DNA of 4,799 bases from a virus. Lineage: Duplodnaviria; Heunggongvirae; Uroviricota; Caudoviricetes. The stretch is from the IMG/VR virus record IMGVR_UViG_2654587726_000008; one strand, written 5' to 3'. Below, in pieces: positions 1 to 4,799 of the stretch (positions are counted from its first letter, which is position 1; every line of letters starts with the position of its first letter). The translations under genes were made by a program, and so were the position numbers. The notes under the pieces are model-generated. The model ran no database searches and was not told the DNA's origin. It saw nothing but the letters and a program-made list of their open reading frames with translations.

Positions 1-447
1 GGCTGGCATGTTGATCTGCCAGTAATACCGCCATTCCGGCGCATTCACCTCGTCAGTACAGGCCGATGAGCAGGTGAAGGTGCTTTTGTCGTATCGCGTG
101 ATGGTGGCATCTGGCCTGCCCAGGGCAGCAAGCTGTGCAAGATAAAAATCCTCGTTGATGCCGCCCGCCAGGTTAACCTTCGCATCCAGCCGTTGCTGAC
201 GCTGGCGAAGGGTCTGTGTCCCTGCGGGAATACATTCATCCGGCAGACCGCACAGACGCTCCCAGCGGTTTATCAGTTCAGTGGTGGTGCGCGGATCCAG
301 CTCCCGCATCAGGGCATCCGCACGCTGATGAACGCGGGTTAATGACGGTGCCGCACCGGCAATCGCCGGATCGCTGGCTGACCACGCCGGACCGGGGGGC
401 AACAGTGCCGACAACAGACGGATGTAATCATCGTTTGTCACGTCCAT
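1..447 (-). CDS. Mu gp48-like tail/baseplate protein (DUF2313 family); 5' portion only, ORF continues beyond window start
   Basis: Not in the ORF track because no stop lies in the window. Hand translation of the minus strand from ATG (plus 445-447) gives [149 protein letters not shown], open for 149 codons to position 1. The N-terminal Y-x-x-LL-x-LLPP pattern is as I recall for gp48/DUF2313 proteins. GGGGA Shine-Dalgarno-like motif 7 nt upstream of the ATG; the start overlaps the preceding gene's stop by 10 nt (438-447); position matches Mu gene order. Confidence 0.75.
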   Translation of the reverse strand, partial: MDVTNDDYIRLLSALLPPGPAWSASDPAIAGAAPSLTRVHQRADALMRELDPRTTTELINRWERLCGLPDECIPAGTQTLRQRQQRLDAKVNLAGGINEDFYLAQLAALGRPDATITRYDKSTFTCSSACTDEVNAPEWRYYWQINMPA

Positions 448-1499
448 GAAATCGTCCCCAGAACCGCCAGTTCATTTTTCGCAATGGAGATATTGTCTGC
501 CGGTGCAAGCAACTGATGGCTATATTCCCCGTTCGCACCGGAAATCGCCTCACTGATACGCGATACCTTCAGTTCTCCCTGCGGATAACCATCACGCAGA
601 AGAAACGAACGCAACTCCGCGGTGATGGCAGCCCGTATTTCCGGTGTGTCCGGCGTCACGCGGATATGAAAATCCACCGTATGCGCCACCGGCCTGAATA
701 CATACAAATCAGAGCCTGCCACCGGGGCCAGTGGCACAATATGTTGTCTTGCCGCCGTTTCCGTTGATTCTTCCGGAATGGGATTAATCAGGTCACTGCT
801 GGCAATCATCACACCGACAGTTCCCGTTCCCATCCAGTGACGGTATGTCCATGCGCGGGTAATGCCGGGCACTTCTTTAGCCCAGACGACATAGTCCACG
901 TCAGCCCCGCCCTGAGGCGTCCAGTAATACCGCTCAATGACGCGGGCGCGCCACGTTTCCAGATCTTCAGTATCAAATCCGCCTGTAAGGGTGTCAGCCA
1001 CACCGGAAGACGGCAGACCATTCACCGGCGTGACCAGGATTAATGACGTACCGTCGTCAGCGTTACCGACCGCACCTGAACTTGAGCAGGCGATCGGCAC
1101 GCGCAGGACACCACCGGAGCTGGTTGCATCGGCAGTTGCCGTGTACTGAACCAGGTCATCGCGCTGAATAACACTCCCGGCGGTCACCTTCAGGCCATCA
1201 TCGCTGACACCTTCCCAGCGCATATACCCGCTGGCAGCCGTGGCCCCCTTGCGCGGACACCGTTTCATCGCAGCATGTCGCGCCAGCCAGGACTCATCGC
1301 ACAGGTCAGGCAGCATGTTCATTGCCAGATAATCGATGTAACCGTAAACCGTATGCAGCGCCGCCGCATACACCTTTGCCCGCACGTCTTCATCCATGCG
1401 CCGGAGCGTGTCGCTGACGTCCAGCCTGGCGAATAAATCGTTACGGAGCATACTGATATTTTCTGCCAGCGTCGGGCGCTGAAATTCACTGTCCGCCAT
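438..1499 (-). CDS. Baseplate J-like protein (Mu gp47-like baseplate wedge component)
   Basis: 353-aa ORF from the track; start (cat at plus 1497-1499) and stop (tca at 438-440) verified by hand. Size and position between the GP46-like and DUF2313-like genes match Mu gp47 / Baseplate_J; family assignment is from recall plus synteny, not a search. Confidence 0.85.
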   Translation of the reverse strand: MADSEFQRPTLAENISMLRNDLFARLDVSDTLRRMDEDVRAKVYAAALHTVYGYIDYLAMNMLPDLCDESWLARHAAMKRCPRKGATAASGYMRWEGVSDDGLKVTAGSVIQRDDLVQYTATADATSSGGVLRVPIACSSSGAVGNADDGTSLILVTPVNGLPSSGVADTLTGGFDTEDLETWRARVIERYYWTPQGGADVDYVVWAKEVPGITRAWTYRHWMGTGTVGVMIASSDLINPIPEESTETAARQHIVPLAPVAGSDLYVFRPVAHTVDFHIRVTPDTPEIRAAITAELRSFLLRDGYPQGELKVSRISEAISGANGEYSHQLLAPADNISIAKNELAVLGTISWT

Positions 1500-1914
1500 G
1501 CGTTATCGCACTCCACAGATCATCAAAAGAAATCATTACCGGTCCGTCACGACGCCAGAGAGTGATACTGTTACCCAGTTCATTAATCCCGGTGCGGCGG
1601 ATATCCAGATCAATACGGGACACCACGCCGTCATCAATCATCCATTGCAGGCATTCGCGGATATACCCCCTTACCGTCTGCACCAGCTGATTGGTCAGTT
1701 TGCTGCGCTGAAGCAGCCACAGTCGGGAGCCGTAACGGTCATTCTGTACCGCAGGCCAGGTATCCCCCCACCATCCCATCGGGACGTCGGCGTTGTCATC
1801 AGGCTCCGCCCGCCGCCAGGTAAACAGGGAAATCACCACGGCGCGGGTCAGCGGATCCAGTTGTGCGCTGGCGCAGGTGCGTTTACCGTTCACCGTCAGC
1901 CACAGTTCCATCAT
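1486..1914 (-). CDS. Phage GP46-family protein (Mu gp46-like; T4 gp25-like baseplate wedge)
   Basis: 142-aa ORF from the track, typical GP46-family size, sitting between the spike and baseplate J genes. Start ATG overlaps the upstream stop as ATGA (1911-1914); GGAGG lies immediately upstream, and the second in-frame ATG (MM...) has the better spacing. Its 3' end overlaps the next gene's start by 14 nt. Confidence 0.8.
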   Translation of the reverse strand: MMELWLTVNGKRTCASAQLDPLTRAVVISLFTWRRAEPDDNADVPMGWWGDTWPAVQNDRYGSRLWLLQRSKLTNQLVQTVRGYIRECLQWMIDDGVVSRIDLDIRRTGINELGNSITLWRRDGPVMISFDDLWSAITHGGQ

Positions 1915-2459
1915 GCCTCCATCGCTTTATCAGGTTTGTCGGTGTTACTGCCCTGACCGTTCTCTCTGTGACGATGCCCGTTATAGGCAAGCCGCATCGC
2001 TGACATGGTGGTGCCGCCGGAGTCGCACAGGTCTTTCACCTGTCCGGTCACTTCCAGGTCCATTTCAAAACGTGCCTCAGGCGCATTGCGAAACGTGATC
2101 GTTTTACCTGCACCGTCCACCACGATCCCCTCCCGGGCCAGCGTCACGGACTGCCCCTGATCGTCATAGACAGCCACCTCACCCGTCTGCAGCCCTTTCA
2201 GGCGGTAGCGACGGTCCGACACCGTAACAACCACCGCATGAGAACGGTCGCCATCCGGAAACAACACCACCGCTTCCGCACCGCTGTTTGCCCTTGCGGT
2301 AAAACCGTAGGGTTCAAGATGTTCAACCCCGGCTTTGGGTTCACCGGCAATCAGGGACACATCCACGGTCTGACATTTCGTGGCGGCACTGATGCTTTTC
2401 ACCACGGCCCGCCCAATCAGGCCGAGGAGTTGTCGCTGCATGGCTTCAATCGTCCTCAT
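1911..2459 (-). CDS. Baseplate assembly protein V / central spike (Mu gp45-like, gpV/gp5-like OB-fold spike)
   Basis: 182-aa ORF from the track; the N-terminal half (MRTIEAMQRQLLGLIGRAVVKSISAATKCQTVDVSLIAGEPKAGVEHLEPYGFTARANSGAEAVVLFPDGDRSHAVVV) resembles the Phage_base_V family as I recall it. Start ATG overlaps the hub gene stop (TGATG-type junction). Confidence 0.85.
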   Translation of the reverse strand: MRTIEAMQRQLLGLIGRAVVKSISAATKCQTVDVSLIAGEPKAGVEHLEPYGFTARANSGAEAVVLFPDGDRSHAVVVTVSDRRYRLKGLQTGEVAVYDDQGQSVTLAREGIVVDGAGKTITFRNAPEARFEMDLEVTGQVKDLCDSGGTTMSAMRLAYNGHRHRENGQGSNTDKPDKAMEA

Positions 2460-3538
2460 CAGAACGGGTCCTCCTGTACTCTGGCTTTTTTCTTTTTCCG
2501 CGCGCCGGGGGCTTCGGGTTCAGGCAGATAAGCATCAGGCGGGCCGACACGGATTTCCGTCAGGGTGCCGTTCTGGTCCTGAGTAAACGTGACTTCCGAA
2601 ACAAGCAGTTCGGTATTGTCGAAACCACAGACCGGATCAAAGACAATCACCCGCTGGTTGGGCTGCCACAGCGTACCGTTACCCTGTCGCCAGCCCTGCA
2701 CCAAATAGGTGGTTTCATCCGTCCGCGCCGCCCGTTGTCGGGCTTCAAAGTCAGCACGCGCAATACAACCTGCCCCCGTAGCCTGCCCTGTCTGCCTGAT
2801 ATACATCGGACGGTAACGGGCAATAAATGCGTCCTCTGTGCGGGCCCGCAGCGCGGTGGTGGTGGCCTCACCGAAATCATCGTCGTTCCCGGCACGCTGC
2901 CCCGCCACCTGGTAAACAGAAAACCGCTCCCGGATACTCTTCTCCGTATCACAGGAAAGGATGTTTTCCCCAAGTACCAGCGCAGTATGTGCCCGCGTTG
3001 AGCCAATACCGCCAATCACCAGCCTGCCGTGCGGGTCGTCGTAAGCCAGCGCCTGCTGCTGACCGAGTATTTTGTTGATTACCTCAATCACCGTTTCACC
3101 GTGATCAGGCTGAACATCAGGAATAACACCCGACGGCGCACCGCTGTTCACCACCTCAATGCCGAAAGGCGCAGCAAGCGCCTGCGCAATCTGCACCAGC
3201 GAGCGTCCGTTAAACTGTGTCGGTTCGGCTGCACAGTCAATCAGGTCAGCCGTCAGACTACGTCCGGCAATACCGGTGCTGACCGAACGGGCATCGTAAC
3301 GAACGGGAGTCGCCTCCACCCAGCCGGTGATCACCAGCTCATCACCAATCAGCACTTCCACTTTTGAACCGTTTTTAATGCGCGGCTGAAGCGTGGTGAT
3401 ACCCTCATCTCCCGGCCACTGGTGAGTGATCTCCACACTGAAATCCCGCGCCAGCCGTTCAATACCGGCACCGATGCGCACCGATGTCCAGCCATTCCAC
3501 TCCCGGCCATTTACCCGTAGCGTGACATTGTCGTTCAT
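2459..3538 (-). CDS. Baseplate hub protein (Mu gp44/P-like, late-control-D / gp27-like family)
   Basis: 359-aa ORF from the track, immediately upstream of the spike gene as in Mu (P then Q). Start ATG overlaps the upstream stop as ATGA (3535-3538) and is preceded by AAGGTG 8 nt upstream. Ends in a Lys-rich tail (...PEPEAPGARKKKKARVQEDPF). Confidence 0.8.
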   Translation of the reverse strand: MNDNVTLRVNGREWNGWTSVRIGAGIERLARDFSVEITHQWPGDEGITTLQPRIKNGSKVEVLIGDELVITGWVEATPVRYDARSVSTGIAGRSLTADLIDCAAEPTQFNGRSLVQIAQALAAPFGIEVVNSGAPSGVIPDVQPDHGETVIEVINKILGQQQALAYDDPHGRLVIGGIGSTRAHTALVLGENILSCDTEKSIRERFSVYQVAGQRAGNDDDFGEATTTALRARTEDAFIARYRPMYIRQTGQATGAGCIARADFEARQRAARTDETTYLVQGWRQGNGTLWQPNQRVIVFDPVCGFDNTELLVSEVTFTQDQNGTLTEIRVGPPDAYLPEPEAPGARKKKKARVQEDPF

Positions 3539-4731
3539 TGCACTGGCACCTTCAGAGGGATCACCGGCACAAAGCCGGGATGCGTAATGGCATTACGCCG
3601 GATAATGTCCGCGTCACGCGCCGCGTTATCAAACCAGGTCGCCGCCAGCACCAGCGCGGGTAAAACCTCATCCGGTGTGCGCTGAATGATCCGTGCAGAC
3701 TGTTCAAGGCGCGTGTTGATATCCGCATTCAGATCTGCTTTCACCCGGCGCAGCGCCAGAAACAGCGCATCACTGGTTGTACGGGACAACTCCTTATCAA
3801 TTGCCGTATTCAGTGTGTCGCGAATGTCAGTCAGTTCTTCCCACGTCGGCAGGTCAACCGTGTTTTTCACCGCCGGTGCATTGTTCAGTGCCGGATGCGT
3901 GACGGAAGGCCAGCCAGTGCTCTGCGCAGGTGTTGTTGCCTGCCCCACTGCGGAATTCTGCATCACCGCGGAAGTTGTTGGCGCAGGCAATCGGATGACG
4001 GCATACGCCGCTTCACTGATTGCGGTCGTACGAAGGGTGCTGGCAACCACATTACGCTGCTGCGTAGCCGTGGCGGTGGTTTTACTGTCCGTTTTCCAGA
4101 CACCGCGCGGTTGCAGATCGCTGCCGAGGCTGACACCGGAAAGCGTTTTGATCATGGTGACCAGGTCGCTGGCGTTACCATAAAGGCGTTTCCCGGTACG
4201 CCACATTTTCTGCACCTGCTCAACGAGATTTTTGCCTGACGATGGTGGCGGCAGAAGTACCGAGATATCCCCCTGCAACAGCCTGGCAGCATCCGATACG
4301 GCAGAATCCACCACTTTCATCGCATCAGAAACATACCCAAGCATTGTGCTGACATTACCAACGACGTCGTTCTGCACGAAATCCGCCACGCCATCGATAC
4401 TGAAACCTCTGAAGCTGTCACTGATGCAGTCATCCAGTGCAGAACAGGATGACATCAGCGTCTGCGCCGTCGCCGCACCTGAAGTGGGGTAAGAGAGTTC
4501 TCCCGCTTCGACAAACTTCAGGTCAAAGCGGACAATACGCCCTTCACTCTTCGATGTGCTGACCCGAACTTCCCCGTCAACACAGACTTTCAGCTCACCA
4601 TATGTCGGGTGGACAAGCGTGCCGGGACCGGGTTTATTCAGCGCTTCAATCAGGCGATCTCGCTGGTCAAAGCAGTCATCTCCCACCACATAAGCTGTGA
4701 TGGATGGATTTGCCCCTATATTTCCAGACAT
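3535..4731 (-). CDS. DNA circulation protein N-like (Mu gp43-like); possibly N-terminally short relative to the family
   Basis: 398-aa ORF from the track. The N-terminal region AYVVGDDCFDQRDRLIEALNKPGPGTLVHPTYGELKV...FVEAGELSYP matches the conserved core of the DNA_circ_N domain as I recall it; a Thr/Ala/Ser-rich central region follows. Position directly upstream of the hub gene matches Mu N. Start is the first ATG after in-frame stops at 4735-4740 and 4750-4752; no strong SD. Confidence 0.75.
   Translation of the reverse strand: MSGNIGANPSITAYVVGDDCFDQRDRLIEALNKPGPGTLVHPTYGELKVCVDGEVRVSTSKSEGRIVRFDLKFVEAGELSYPTSGAATAQTLMSSCSALDDCISDSFRGFSIDGVADFVQNDVVGNVSTMLGYVSDAMKVVDSAVSDAARLLQGDISVLLPPPSSGKNLVEQVQKMWRTGKRLYGNASDLVTMIKTLSGVSLGSDLQPRGVWKTDSKTTATATQQRNVVASTLRTTAISEAAYAVIRLPAPTTSAVMQNSAVGQATTPAQSTGWPSVTHPALNNAPAVKNTVDLPTWEELTDIRDTLNTAIDKELSRTTSDALFLALRRVKADLNADINTRLEQSARIIQRTPDEVLPALVLAATWFDNAARDADIIRRNAITHPGFVPVIPLKVPVQ
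3582..3607 (-). promoter_or_regulatory. Candidate operator / internal promoter element: perfect 17-bp palindrome plus a third copy of the half-site
   Basis: Plus strand 3582-3598 is GCGTAATG-G-CATTACGC, a perfect 8+1+8 inverted repeat. A further TAATG lies at 3603-3607, giving TAATG / CATTA / TAATG in alternating orientation. It sits 44-70 bp upstream of the hub gene ATG (3538), inside the 3' end of the DNA-circulation gene. Function is not demonstrated. Confidence 0.2.
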
Positions 4732-4799
4732 CTGTTATCACTTAACCCATTACAAGCCCGCTGCCGCAGATATTCCCGTGGCGAGCGATAACCCAGCGC

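Noticed and set aside
391-400. G6 homopolymer (plus strand accGGGGGGc) inside the gp48-like gene
   Set aside because: It encodes the conserved LLPPG motif and is short for a slipped-strand phase-variation tract (usually 7-8 or more); probably incidental.
2455-2463. One-base disagreement between my manual position count and the ORF track at the hub/spike junction
   Set aside because: Most likely my own reading slip across a line break; the track translations are self-consistent and other junctions checked by hand (438-447, 1497-1499, 1911-1914, 3535-3538, 4729-4731) agree with the track, so I used track coordinates. Positions in the A-tract finding may be off by 1.
45-3015. Minus-strand out-of-frame ORFs (45..239, 809..1021, 1319..1516, 2647..3015)
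   Set aside because: Each lies entirely within a larger minus-strand gene in a different frame; the translations look non-protein-like (Arg/Trp/Cys-rich) and there is no room for them in the conserved gene order.
216-4791. Plus-strand ORFs in the track (216..449, 516..767, 837..1043, 937..1149, 1498..1956, 1793..2098, 2238..2531, 2380..2586, 2735..3001, 2827..3078, 3029..3367, 3686..4183, 3895..4239, 4232..4492, 4609..4791)
   Set aside because: All are antisense to long, well-supported minus-strand structural genes, give Pro/Arg/His/Cys-rich translations with no recognisable motifs, and are what a GC-rich coding region produces on its opposite strand. No start-site context supports any of them.
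1-4799. Possibility that the cluster is a T6SS baseplate or tailocin (hub, spike, gp25-like, baseplate J-like core) rather than phage
   Set aside because: A DNA-circulation (Mu N-like) gene directly upstream of the hub, gene sizes typical of Mu gp44-gp48, a separate short spike rather than a VgrG fusion, and a DUF2313 gene downstream all fit a Mu-like phage or prophage. No TssE/F/G-type signatures were recognised by eye.
1-4799. Searched by eye for CRISPR repeats, tRNA or other RNA genes, terminal inverted repeats, and Rho-independent terminators
   Set aside because: No regularly spaced direct repeats, no cloverleaf-like segments outside coding sequence, and essentially no intergenic DNA; the only strong inverted repeat is the one reported at 3582-3598.

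Overview
The window is one densely packed, co-directional block of six overlapping genes on the minus strand, which I read as the baseplate module of a Mu-like myovirus (most likely a prophage in a moderately GC-rich enterobacterial-type genome). In transcription order (high to low coordinate) they are: a DNA-circulation-protein-like gene (Mu N/gp43-like), a baseplate hub (gp44-like), a central spike/baseplate assembly protein V (gp45-like), a GP46-family wedge protein, a baseplate J protein (gp47-like) and the 5' part of a gp48-like DUF2313 tail protein that runs off the window start. Family assignments come from motif recognition in the translations and from the conserved Mu gene order; I could not run any searches. 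I see no RNA genes, CRISPR array, transposase or plus-strand gene. I found no evidence of a novel defence or other undescribed system; this looks like an ordinary phage structural region. Points worth a second look are a perfect 17-bp palindrome with a repeated half-site just upstream of the hub gene, a lysine-encoding A-tract at the hub/spike junction, and a DNA-circulation homolog that looks N-terminally short.
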